A stretch of 22,509 nt of DNA, taken from assembly GCA_035653595.1 (NCBI GenBank), contig DASRBO010000075.1, positions 1 through 22,509 of the forward strand, in the 5' to 3' direction. This stretch comes from Acidimicrobiales bacterium (GTDB lineage Bacteria; Actinomycetota; Acidimicrobiia; Acidimicrobiales; JAJPHE01). Under the pieces are notes generated by a model. The model had not been told where the DNA came from. It was given only the letters and a program-made list of their open reading frames with translations, and searched no databases. Positions 15,260 through 22,509 of the stretch are shown here, piece after piece. The translations under genes were made by a program, and so were the position numbers. Position 1 is the first letter of the stretch. Every line of letters begins with the position of its first letter.

Positions 15260-15934
15260 TTAGGACATTGCGAAGTCCGACTTGGCCCGCTCGGGCAGCT
15301 GGACCAGGCCGTAGCCCATGGCGATGGAGACGGCGTGGGCCTGGGTGCGGGCCCCGAGCTTGTCGAAGAGCCGGATCTTGTGGCTCTCGACCGTCTTGAG
15401 GGCGACCCCCAGTCGCTTGGCGATGGCCTTGGCGGGCAACCCCTCGGCCATGGCCGCCAGTACCTCCGCCTCGCGCGGGGTGAGGGAGAAGCTGTTGGAC
15501 CCTCCGCCGGAACGGAAGCCCCGCCACTGGGCGAGCACCACGCTGGCGGCCCGGCTGTAGAGCGCGGCACCGCCCTGGCCGACGGCGGACACGGCGTCGG
15601 CGATGCGGGCGGCGTTCATGTCATGGGACAGGAAGCCTGAGGCGCCCCGCTCGAGGCAGGCCATTATCCGCTCCTCCGAGGGGTCCTCGCTCAGCACCAC
15701 CACATGGGTGCCGGCGGCGACCAGGCTGGATATGACGTCGTCGACCTTCCTGCCCGCCAGAGGATCGGACAGGACCACCACCTCGGGCCGCTGCTCGGCC
15801 ACCGACGACTCCAGCTCGGGAGCGCTGGAGACGCTGGCCACTACGTCGATGTGTTGCTGACGCAGGCTCCGGGCCAGAACCTCGCGCACCAACCGGTTGC
15901 GATCCGCCAGTACTACCCGCATGTCGAGCGTCAC
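15260..15934 (-). CDS. LuxR/NarL-family response regulator (receiver domain plus LuxR-type HTH).
   Basis: MRVVLADRNRLVREVL...VVVLSDPLAG (phospho-acceptor Asp)...GASGFLSHD, where the conserved Lys position appears to be replaced. The C-terminal HTH reads LTPREAEVLAAMAEGLPAKAIAKRLGVALKTVESHKIRLFDKLG. Its start overlaps the upstream paralogue's stop by 4 nt. Confidence 0.8.
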   Translation of the reverse strand: MTLDMRVVLADRNRLVREVLARSLRQQHIDVVASVSSAPELESSVAEQRPEVVVLSDPLAGRKVDDVISSLVAAGTHVVVLSEDPSEERIMACLERGASGFLSHDMNAARIADAVSAVGQGGAALYSRAASVVLAQWRGFRSGGGSNSFSLTPREAEVLAAMAEGLPAKAIAKRLGVALKTVESHKIRLFDKLGARTQAHAVSIAMGYGLVQLPERAKSDFAMS

Positions 15935-16593
15935 CCCACCGCGCTTGTCGGGACAGGAATGGACTTCAAGGTCGGGGTGATCATGCCCCGCCGCACACCA
16001 AGGGCCACGGCGTGAGACTGGTTCTGCACTCCGAGCTTGGCGTAGATGTGCTGCTTGTGGTTCTCGATGGTCTTGGCCGATATCCCGAGGACCTCGGCGA
16101 TCTCGTTGGTGCTGTGCCCGCCTCCTAGCAGCTTGAGGACCTCGACCTCCCGAGGGGTGAGCACCTGCCGGCCGGTTAGAGAGAGGTAATTCGCACCGCC
16201 GTGAGCGGCCGGTGCAGCGCCGTCGTCCCCGGCGCCGACGGCCAGACCCAGGCGCCGCATCAGCTCGTGCAGGCCCGCCCGGAGGGAGACCACCCCTGCC
16301 AGCTCCGGGCAGCCGTGCCGGCGTAGGGCGGAGTCAACCCGTCTGGTCCGCGACAGGCCGAGCAACGTCGCTCCTCGGGCGACGATGCGCAGCCGGGCGG
16401 CATCGGCACGCCACTGGTCGGCGGGATCGTCCTCGAGCTCGAAGACGATGGTGTCGACGGGCCTGGCGGTGACCAGGTCGACGAGTTGGTCGATGGTGGC
16501 GGCCGACAGGACCTCGCCGTCGGTCCCTTCGGTCAGCAGCTCAGCGAGCCCAGAGCGGACGAGCTCAGTCCGGCAACCCAGTGCGATACGCAC
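15931..16593 (-). CDS. LuxR-family transcriptional regulator with an atypical (pseudo-receiver) N-terminal domain.
   Basis: The C-terminus LTPREVEVLKLLGGGHSTNEIAEVLGISAKTIENHKQHIYAKLGV is a LuxR HTH. The N-terminal alpha/beta domain lacks the acidic pocket (MRIALGCRTELV in place of DD). It is in tandem with, and overlapping, the downstream paralogue. Confidence 0.75.
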   Translation of the reverse strand: MRIALGCRTELVRSGLAELLTEGTDGEVLSAATIDQLVDLVTARPVDTIVFELEDDPADQWRADAARLRIVARGATLLGLSRTRRVDSALRRHGCPELAGVVSLRAGLHELMRRLGLAVGAGDDGAAPAAHGGANYLSLTGRQVLTPREVEVLKLLGGGHSTNEIAEVLGISAKTIENHKQHIYAKLGVQNQSHAVALGVRRGMITPTLKSIPVPTSAVG

Positions 16594-16681
16594 GAAGCCT
16601 TCCTCCCCAGCGTTGGATTACAGAAGGTCACGATTTCCACAAGTCCGCTCGGACACAGAGTAACAAACGGCCACGCAGAGC

Positions 16682-16704
16682 GAAGTTTCCAAGTTTGAAA
16701 CTTC
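16682..16704. promoter_or_regulatory. AT-rich inverted repeat (putative operator) upstream of the LuxR operon.
   Basis: GAAGTTTccaagtttgAAACTTC has perfect 7-bp arms with a 9-nt spacer. It can also be read as AAGTTTC-N7-GAAACTT. It lies about 90 nt upstream of the LuxR gene start at 16593, in an otherwise GC-rich genome. Confidence 0.35.
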
Positions 16705-16862
16705 AACACACACTGCACGAAATTGCCATTCGGCCACCGAGGTGTGCGCTCCGACGTCGAGGAGACGTGCGGCGCGGCGATGAGCGCGCGAGTGCGCTGG
16801 GGTTGACGGTGCGCGGGCGAGTGTCGGCGCGGTGGAGTTGCGACCGGCTCTTACCGCTGACG

Positions 16863-17273
16863 CTACGGCGCCGGCAGTGCGCCGATCTGGGTCAGGAACG
16901 TGGCCATGTCCCAGTAGTCGCGGTTGGCGGAGATCCTTTCGCCGCGTCGGGTGCCGACGGACACGCCCCGGATCTCGAAGTGCTTGCCGGTGGCAGGCAC
17001 CGGTCCTTCGGTGCCGTTGTGGGTGCCGCGCATGACCCATTCCATGTAGTAGCTGTCCTCGATGGTCACCCCATCGATCAGGGTGAAGTGGTAGTCGTCC
17101 GAGAAGCCGACGGCGATGCCGTCGACAAAGGCGGAGATCTCGCTGCGTCCCTTGTGCGACTCACCGAGGGTCACGTCCTCATAGACGCAGTCGTCGGTTA
17201 CCCACTCGGCGACCTGGCGGCCATCTCGCGAGTTCCACGCGCCCAGATACTGCTCCTGCCAGCCGACGGACAT
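16863..17273 (-). CDS. SnoaL-like / NTF2-like ester cyclase family protein.
   Basis: The ATG at 17273 is preceded by aggagg. It encodes MSVGWQEQYLGAWNSRDGRQVAEWVTDDCVYEDV...FEIRGVSVGTRRGERISANRDYWDMATFLTQIGAL, with the typical ester-cyclase C-terminal YWD motif. The upstream part of the listed ORF (16863-17390) is not needed. Confidence 0.75.
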   Translation of the reverse strand: MSVGWQEQYLGAWNSRDGRQVAEWVTDDCVYEDVTLGESHKGRSEISAFVDGIAVGFSDDYHFTLIDGVTIEDSYYMEWVMRGTHNGTEGPVPATGKHFEIRGVSVGTRRGERISANRDYWDMATFLTQIGALPAP

Positions 17274-17622
17274 GGCTGCCTCCTTGATCGGCTCGTGTGG
17301 GGGGCTGCCCCGCACAAGTCTGGAGCCGTCATCGCCGCTGCTCAACGGGGCAAGGAGGACCATGCGGCCATACGCCCGCTCGGCCCGCAATATGCCCGGC
17401 GCGTGGCTGGTGGCGGCGCGCTGGCGCCGGGTCTACCATCTGATGGGAGGACGGGCCCTGTCATGGTCTCTTCGTGGTGTCGAATCGGAGATCACGATCG
17501 ATGTCGTGACGGCGCGGCGCTCGCCTGTGGGTGCGATTGCCACCGACCCACGCAGTCCGGTCTTCGAGCAGGTTGTGCTTCGCCAGGCCGCGACGGCCGG
17601 GCTCACCTCGCCGTCGGCGTCG

Positions 17623-19017
17623 TCACCCGGCTTCGTCCGTTGCCGATGCCGTAGCGCCGGATGCGGCACCGACCTCGGTGCGTTCCGAGTCGGCGCGCGC
17701 CCCGTTGGACGCCAGACCCTTCCTCAGCGTGTCGAAGATCGAGAGTCCCTGCGCCACTACGCCGACGGCCATCTCGTTGACGCCCTGTGACCCGTTGAGC
17801 ACGGTCAGGTTGGACCCGGCGATGCCACCGGCCGCCGCGCTCACCAGGCTCGGCAGCATCTCGACCAGCTTGTTGGCGGCGATCAGCTCCTGGTTCCTGC
17901 CAGCCAGCGCGCTGGCCCGGGCGTTGATGGCCGCAGCGTCGGCGTCGGCCACCGTCCGCTGCGAGTAGGCGTCACCGTCGGCCTTGGCCTTGGCGGCGTC
18001 GGCTGCTGCCTGCGCCGCCACCCGCTGCGCGTCGGCCTCGGCCTCGGCGAGGGTGCGTCGGCGCTTGGCCTCGGCCTCGGTGGTGAACAAGGTCGTGTCG
18101 CGGCTCGCCTCGGCCATCGTCCGCTGCTTGAACGCCTCGCCCTCGGTGTTGTGCTTGAGGGCATCGCGGGCCGCCTCGGCCAGGGTCCGTTGCTTGTAGG
18201 CCTCGGCGTCGGCCGGGCGACGGACCTCGGACTCCAGGCGCTTGTCGGTCAGCGCCGCTTCCTTCTCGGCCAGGGCGGTCTGCTCGGCGATGACATCCTG
18301 GGATGCCCTGGCCTGGGCCAAGGGACCGGCCTGGGCCGCCTGAGCCTGGGCCTCCTGGACCTCGGCCTCGATCCGGGCCTTGGCGATTGCCGTCTCCCGC
18401 TCGAACTGGGCCTTGGCCCGGGCCGCCTGCTGCTCCTTCTCGGCCGCCTCCTGGTCCCGCTCCGCTGCAGCAATGCGGGCGGCCGAGGCGACGGCAGCGG
18501 CATGGGGAGCGGCGAGGTTGGCGATGTAACCCGTCGGATCCTCGATCTCCTGGATCTGGAGCCCGTCGACCACGATGCCGAGCTTCTCCATTTCGGTGTG
18601 ACTGCCGTCCTTGACCTCCTGGGCGACCTTGTCACGCTCGCGGATGATCTCCTCGACCGTCAGGCTGCCCACGATGGAGCGCAGGTGCCCAGCGAAGATC
18701 CGACCGCACAGCTCCTCCATGCGGTCCTGCTCGGCCAGGAACCGGCGGGCGGCGTTGGCGATCGACGGGGTGTCGTCGCCCACCTTGAACACCGCCACCG
18801 CCCGTAGCCGCAGCGGGATGCCCTGAGTCGTCACGCACTCCTCGTAGAGCTCGGCCTCCCGCAGGGCGAGGGACAGGAGCCTGGCCTTCTGCTTGATCGG
18901 CAGCACGAAGGACCCGTGTCCGGTGACTATCCGGAACTGGGTGGCTCCGTCCTTGTGGCGGGAGCCCGAGATGAGCAGGGCCTGGTCGGGAGCGGGAACG
19001 TGCCAGAAGAGCATCAC
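17623..19017 (-). CDS. Flotillin / SPFH (band 7) family protein lacking the N-terminal membrane hairpin.
   Basis: MLFWHVPAPDQALLISGSR...FRIVTGHGSFVLPIKQKARLLSL is the SPFH core. A long Ala/Glu/Lys-rich coiled-coil (flotillin repeats) follows, then a C-terminal tail. The start is the GTG at 19017 or the ATG at 19014, and gagg lies upstream. It sits 7 nt downstream of the NfeD-like gene. Confidence 0.85.
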   Translation of the reverse strand: MMLFWHVPAPDQALLISGSRHKDGATQFRIVTGHGSFVLPIKQKARLLSLALREAELYEECVTTQGIPLRLRAVAVFKVGDDTPSIANAARRFLAEQDRMEELCGRIFAGHLRSIVGSLTVEEIIRERDKVAQEVKDGSHTEMEKLGIVVDGLQIQEIEDPTGYIANLAAPHAAAVASAARIAAAERDQEAAEKEQQAARAKAQFERETAIAKARIEAEVQEAQAQAAQAGPLAQARASQDVIAEQTALAEKEAALTDKRLESEVRRPADAEAYKQRTLAEAARDALKHNTEGEAFKQRTMAEASRDTTLFTTEAEAKRRRTLAEAEADAQRVAAQAAADAAKAKADGDAYSQRTVADADAAAINARASALAGRNQELIAANKLVEMLPSLVSAAAGGIAGSNLTVLNGSQGVNEMAVGVVAQGLSIFDTLRKGLASNGARADSERTEVGAASGATASATDEAG

Positions 19018-19024
19018 TGCCTCA

Positions 19025-19252
19025 CTAAAGGTCGGCCTCCGGGAAGGGTGTGACGGTCACCGATCGGGGCGAACGGACCTCGACCACGACGACGGCCTTG
19101 TCCCGCGGTATCTCCTCGTCGGCCCAGGCGGCGAAGGCCTCCGTGCCGCCGCGGATGGGGACGAAGATCTCACCCGGACCGGCCCTGGGAATGGGGACGG
19201 TGACACGGCCGATCTTGCCGACGAGTTCCTCCTCGACGTCAGGATCGGCCAC
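19025..19252 (-). CDS. NfeD-like short protein (OB-fold C-terminal domain only), partner of flotillin.
   Basis: 75 aa: LVGKIGRVTVPIPRAGPGEIFVPIRGGTEAFAAWADEEIPRDKAVVVVEV matches the NfeD/YuaF C-terminal beta-barrel. It has the conserved NfeD-flotillin gene order. There is no TM segment. Confidence 0.7.
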   Translation of the reverse strand: MADPDVEEELVGKIGRVTVPIPRAGPGEIFVPIRGGTEAFAAWADEEIPRDKAVVVVEVRSPRSVTVTPFPEADL

Positions 19253-19462
19253 TCCTCACCCCCACACCGAGGCCGCCACGGTCCGCGATGGTATCCAGCC
19301 GGGCCCGCCGGGGCATCGCCGATGAGGAGCTTCGAGCCGGGGGCCGAGCCGGCGCGGGCCATGGACGTCCTGACCCGGTAGGCGGCGCCGATTTGGTCAT
19401 GCCCAACCCGGCCCTTGCTTCCTACCCTTTCCCTGAAGGGCACGCCCGGACGAGGAGGCGCC

Positions 19463-20263
19463 ATGAGCCACAAGAACGAGGATCGACTGCGGGAGCTCTA
19501 CGGGATCTTCGCCCGTGGTGACCTGCAGGGCTTCCTGGACGGTTGCACCGACGACGTGACGTTCCACGTACCCGGCGAGGCGGCGGTCAGCGGGGTGTTC
19601 ACCAAGGGCGACTTCCCGTCCTGGATCACCGGCGTAATGGGGATCGCCGGGGGAACCTTCCAGGAGCACATCCTGGATGTCTGCGCCAACGACGATCACG
19701 GAATGCTGGAGCTGCGCCACGAGTTCGACCGCGATGGCGTCCACCGGAGCTACCTGACCGCCCATGTGGTCGAGTTCCGCGACGGGCGGATCTCCCGTTG
19801 GGAGGAGCGACCGGGGAGCATCGCCGAGTTCGAGGCGGCCTGGGGGCCGAGGAGCGAGGAAGGCTCGGACGCGCTGTCAGCCGACATTGCCGCCTTCTTC
19901 AAGATCGTCGCCGACTCCTGGGCGGCCAATGACGGTGACGCCTTCGGTGCCCTCTTCACCGACGACGGCTCGCTCATCAACCCGTTCGGGCAGCGGGCCG
20001 ACGGTCGTCGGGCCGTGGCTGCCATGTACAACGAGTACTTCGCCGGCATGCTCAAGGGCAGCTCAACGACGGCGACTCTCGGCACCGTGCGGCCGGTCGG
20101 CGCCGACCAGGCGTTTGTCGACGCCGAGCAGACGATCACCGCCCCCGACGGCTCGGTCATGCTGAACGTCCACCTCGCCTGCCTGCTCCGTCGCGAGAGT
20201 GATGACTGGAGGTTCGTCGAGAGCCGGCCCTACGTGGTCGCCTCGCCGCCCGGATTGAGCTGA
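19463..20263 (+). CDS. Tandem SnoaL-like / NTF2-like domain protein.
   Basis: The ATG at 19463 is preceded by gaggagg. There are two repeats, each with an NTF2-like signature: NEDRLRELYGIFARGDLQGFLDGCTDDVTFHVPG... and ADIAAFFKIVADSWAANDGDAFGALFTDDGSLINPFG.... The track ORF (19415-20263) carries a short spurious N-extension. Confidence 0.75.
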   Translation: MSHKNEDRLRELYGIFARGDLQGFLDGCTDDVTFHVPGEAAVSGVFTKGDFPSWITGVMGIAGGTFQEHILDVCANDDHGMLELRHEFDRDGVHRSYLTAHVVEFRDGRISRWEERPGSIAEFEAAWGPRSEEGSDALSADIAAFFKIVADSWAANDGDAFGALFTDDGSLINPFGQRADGRRAVAAMYNEYFAGMLKGSSTTATLGTVRPVGADQAFVDAEQTITAPDGSVMLNVHLACLLRRESDDWRFVESRPYVVASPPGLS

Positions 20264-20267
20264 GAGG

Positions 20268-20284
20268 CGCCCCAGGCCGGGGCG
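20268..20284. terminator. GC hairpin between convergent genes.
   Basis: cgcccc-aggcc-ggggcg has a 6-bp stem. It lies between the stop at 20263 (+) and the stop at 20299 (-). There is no U-tract. Confidence 0.3.
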
Positions 20285-20298
20285 GCGAGACCGGACGC

Positions 20299-21072
20299 TC
20301 AGCCCTTAGGTGAAGTCCAGGTGAGAGCGACGACGGTGAACAGCGTGCACATCGAGGCCGCTCTGGTCAGTCCGGCCCAGTCCCGCCAGCGCCACGAGGG
20401 AGCCAGGCGCCCATTCGACCGTAGGGACAGGACCCCGAAGACGAAAGTGGTCGCCTCGGCGAGCGTTGCCAGCACGTCGAGGGCGCCCACCGGCTCGGTG
20501 GCGCCATGGTCCGGTCCGAAGGGAACCCCGACCACCCGGGTGAAGGCCCACAGGACGATGACAGCGGCGCTGCCCAGCACGGCCGTCAGCAGGACCCGTC
20601 GGCTGGGACGGGCCAGCAGCAAGCAGCCGAGGATGGTCTGGGCGATCATCGTCCCCAGGAAGAAGGCTCCGAAGATGAACGACTGCCGGAAGTGGGTCGG
20701 CATCACGGCGGCGTGGGTGGCCGCGGCGGCGAAGGTGCCCAGGGCGGCGGCTTGCAGGAGAGCTCCCGAGGGCGCCGGCGCACGGCCGGCAACGACGAGC
20801 GGAGTCGTGCGGGTTTCGGTCGGCGGCTCAGCCGACCCGCCGACGTCCGCTCGACCTCCTTGGCGGGGAGGCGGCCAGTTGGCAATGAAAGCGGCGGCAT
20901 TGATCGGCGGGACTGCCGGGGCTCGCCGCCGCCGGCCCGACGCTGGCGCATGGCGGCTGCGGACGTGATCGATGAGCAAGACCGAAGCGACCACCACCAC
21001 CCAGGCGACCAGCACCAGGGCATGGACCAGGTGACCCCCTAGCAGACTGGTGAGCGACGGCCTTCGAGGCAC
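20299..21072 (-). CDS. Hypothetical polytopic membrane protein of about 5 TM helices. It is paralogous to the partial gene at 21678-22509.
   Basis: 257 aa with hydrophobic helices. The motifs HAAVMPTHFRQSFIFGAFF and LLARPSRRVLLTAVLGSAAVIVLWAFTRVVGVPFGPDHG align with the product of the ORF at the window's right end. Confidence 0.6.
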   Translation of the reverse strand: MPRRPSLTSLLGGHLVHALVLVAWVVVVASVLLIDHVRSRHAPASGRRRRAPAVPPINAAAFIANWPPPRQGGRADVGGSAEPPTETRTTPLVVAGRAPAPSGALLQAAALGTFAAAATHAAVMPTHFRQSFIFGAFFLGTMIAQTILGCLLLARPSRRVLLTAVLGSAAVIVLWAFTRVVGVPFGPDHGATEPVGALDVLATLAEATTFVFGVLSLRSNGRLAPSWRWRDWAGLTRAASMCTLFTVVALTWTSPKG

Positions 21073-21677
21073 CGGACGGACGGCCTAAAGTCGTCTTCGG
21101 TCAATGGGCCCGGTCAATGCCGAACGAAGCGGCCGGCTTGGAGAGGTGCAAGTCGGCGGCCCTGGTGGCATTGGTCCAAGTTGAGGCCTCTCTACTGCCT
21201 GGCTGGGCCGACTGGCCGCCATCAGGCGACGGCGAACTCCCAGGCCCACCTTCGGGTTCCAATAGTCGTCTCCCGAGGTCACGCACTGAGGTGTCGTTAG
21301 CCGCGAGCATGACGCGGAGCAGTGTCCGGGCGCGACGAAGGACTCCCGATCTATCCGGGCTCGCGAGCCTGGGTGCGGGCAGCCTTCTGCCCACGGTGGC
21401 CTGTTCACCGCGCCTCCAAGTCGGCGCCCGCTCGTTACGCCGCTGAGCTTCAATATGGATCAAGCCGGACGCCAGTGGCAAGGGAATCCGTCGGTAGGGT
21501 CGTTCCGGGCCATGGCCCGACTTTGCCGGCCACCGGAGCAGGCCAGCGATTCGTGGCCCCAGGCTGGGCACCGATCTTCGTGACGGTCAGGTCTCACCGC
21601 CGCGCCGTGACTATTGGTGTCATCCCTCATCTCGAATAGTCCTCAATAGGACATATGGGCGTGCCGAAGTAGTCCAG

Positions 21678-22509
21678 ATGGCATTCTCCTTAGCGTACGG
21701 CGCGAGGACCTTCGCTTCTGCCAGCGCCCTGCTCCAGGGCCATCCGCTGTGGCACTTCCTTGGAGCCTTTCTCGCTCCCCTGGCCGTGGCCATGGTGGTC
21801 CGCCTCCAGGTCGGCCGTAAGCAGGCTCCGGCGAGGATGAGCCCCGTGAGGTCATGGTTCACACGGGCCCGGAAGGCTCCTCTCCTCGTCAAAGGGCTGG
21901 CGATCGGCGCGGCTCTCACCGCGGGCATTCACACCTCGGTCTGTCCAGAACACTTCCGTGAGAACGCCCTGTACGGAACCTTCTTCGTCCTCCTCGCCAC
22001 CAGCCAGGCGGGTTGGGCCGCCCTGGTGCTGGCTCGTCCCAAGCGCTGGGTACTTGCGGCCGGCGCTGCGATCAACCTCGGCACCATCGTGGTCTGGCTC
22101 GTCAGTCGGACCTCCGGCCTCCCGTTCGGCCCAGAAGCATGGCAGCGTGAGTCCTTTGGCCGGCTCGACATTACGGCGTCGATTCTGGAGCTGTTGGTGG
22201 CAACCGGCGCCATATACGCCACCGGGCGCCTCGCCGATGTGGAGTCGCTCGGTAGCCTCCACCGCCTCCGCGCCCTCTTGCCGGTAGGCACTCCATTGCC
22301 TGAGGAGATCTGGCGCCAGCGTCATCGGTGGATCAGAGGTGTCCTGTCGGCTCATCTCCCGACGATTGCCGTGTTCGCCATCCTGCGCGGAAAGTCGATG
22401 GCCGTCGCCTTGGTGATGCCCGCTGTGCTCGGGGTGTTCGTCCTGGCCGCGTATCGCCTCACCTCTCGGCGTCGGGTCACAACGGTCCTGACGGCCGTTG
22501 GTCTCCTCA
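21678..22509 (+). CDS. Hypothetical membrane protein (partial; the C-terminus lies beyond the window). It is a paralogue of 20299-21072.
   Basis: A manual translation from the ATG at 21678 stays open to the window end. It reads MAFSLAYGARTF...GHPLWHFLGAFLAPLAVAMVV...HTSVCPEHFRENALYGTFFVLLATSQAGWAALVLARPKRWVLAAGAAINLGTIVVWLVSRTSGLPFGPEAW.... It shares the HxxxxP(T/E)HF, LARP(S/K)R and G(V/L)PFGP blocks with the minus-strand gene. It is absent from the ORF track because it reaches the edge. Confidence 0.55.
   Translation, partial: MAFSLAYGARTFASASALLQGHPLWHFLGAFLAPLAVAMVVRLQVGRKQAPARMSPVRSWFTRARKAPLLVKGLAIGAALTAGIHTSVCPEHFRENALYGTFFVLLATSQAGWAALVLARPKRWVLAAGAAINLGTIVVWLVSRTSGLPFGPEAWQRESFGRLDITASILELLVATGAIYATGRLADVESLGSLHRLRALLPVGTPLPEEIWRQRHRWIRGVLSAHLPTIAVFAILRGKSMAVALVMPAVLGVFVLAAYRLTSRRRVTTVLTAVGLL

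Noticed and set aside
14110-15570. 486-aa ORF on the minus strand.
   Set aside because: It is antisense to the well-supported GGDEF gene and the LuxR gene. Its composition is junk-like (RRR/PPP runs).
16581-17654. 357-aa plus-strand ORF and the minus-strand ORF at 16618-17040.
   Set aside because: They are antisense or off-frame to the SnoaL-like gene and span the AT-rich LuxR promoter. They have no motifs.
17272-17790. 172-aa plus-strand ORF with aaggagga immediately before an internal ATG (about 17355).
   Set aside because: The spacer to the ATG is only 3 nt. GC3 is about 78%, against more than 90% for real genes here. The protein is Arg/Cys-rich with no fold-like pattern. Its 3' half is antisense to the flotillin C-terminus.
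20268-20284. Possible bidirectional terminator.
   Set aside because: It is kept only as a low-confidence feature. The 6-bp stem with no U-tract could easily arise by chance in 70% GC DNA.
1-22509. Mobile elements, CRISPR arrays, and tRNA or rRNA genes.
   Set aside because: I saw no terminal inverted repeats with a transposase or integrase ORF, no regularly spaced direct repeats, and no tRNA-like cloverleaf regions. GC is uniformly high except in short promoter islands, so there is no evidence of a horizontally acquired low-GC island.

Overview
This is a high-GC window (about 70% GC; GC3 above 90% in real reading frames), consistent with an actinobacterial-type chromosome. I found no rRNA, tRNA, CRISPR array or mobile-element signatures.

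The left half, about 1 to 11.2 kb, reads as a glycan or exopolysaccharide biosynthesis locus. A sulfotransferase and a SAM-dependent methyltransferase sit on the minus strand, and the methyltransferase carries an apparent -1 frameshift. Diverging from them on the plus strand are a GT4 glycosyltransferase, a large polytopic GT-C-like membrane glycosyltransferase, and two more GT4 genes that look translationally coupled. These are followed by a secreted GH-A/GH5-like glycoside hydrolase, a small two-helix membrane protein with a strong terminator, a GT2 polyprenyl-phosphate-sugar synthase-like enzyme, and a small secreted Cys-containing protein.

The middle is a regulatory neighbourhood. It holds a multidomain protein with a V4R domain and two GHKL/RsbW-like serine-kinase domains, a highly acidic disordered protein, and a Fur-family (Zur-like) regulator with a beta-carbonic anhydrase immediately upstream. 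It also holds a GGDEF diguanylate cyclase with an intact inhibitory I-site, a tiny ORF overlapping its stop by GTGA, and two tandem LuxR-family regulators with atypical receiver domains.

The right end carries a SnoaL/NTF2-like protein, an NfeD-like gene followed by a flotillin gene in which both products lack membrane anchors, and a tandem-SnoaL protein. It finishes with two divergently transcribed paralogous membrane proteins separated by an unusually long, lower-GC non-coding gap of about 600 nt.

Several short AT-rich inverted and direct repeat elements stand out in promoter regions. The long antisense ORFs in the six-frame track are GC-rich artefacts.
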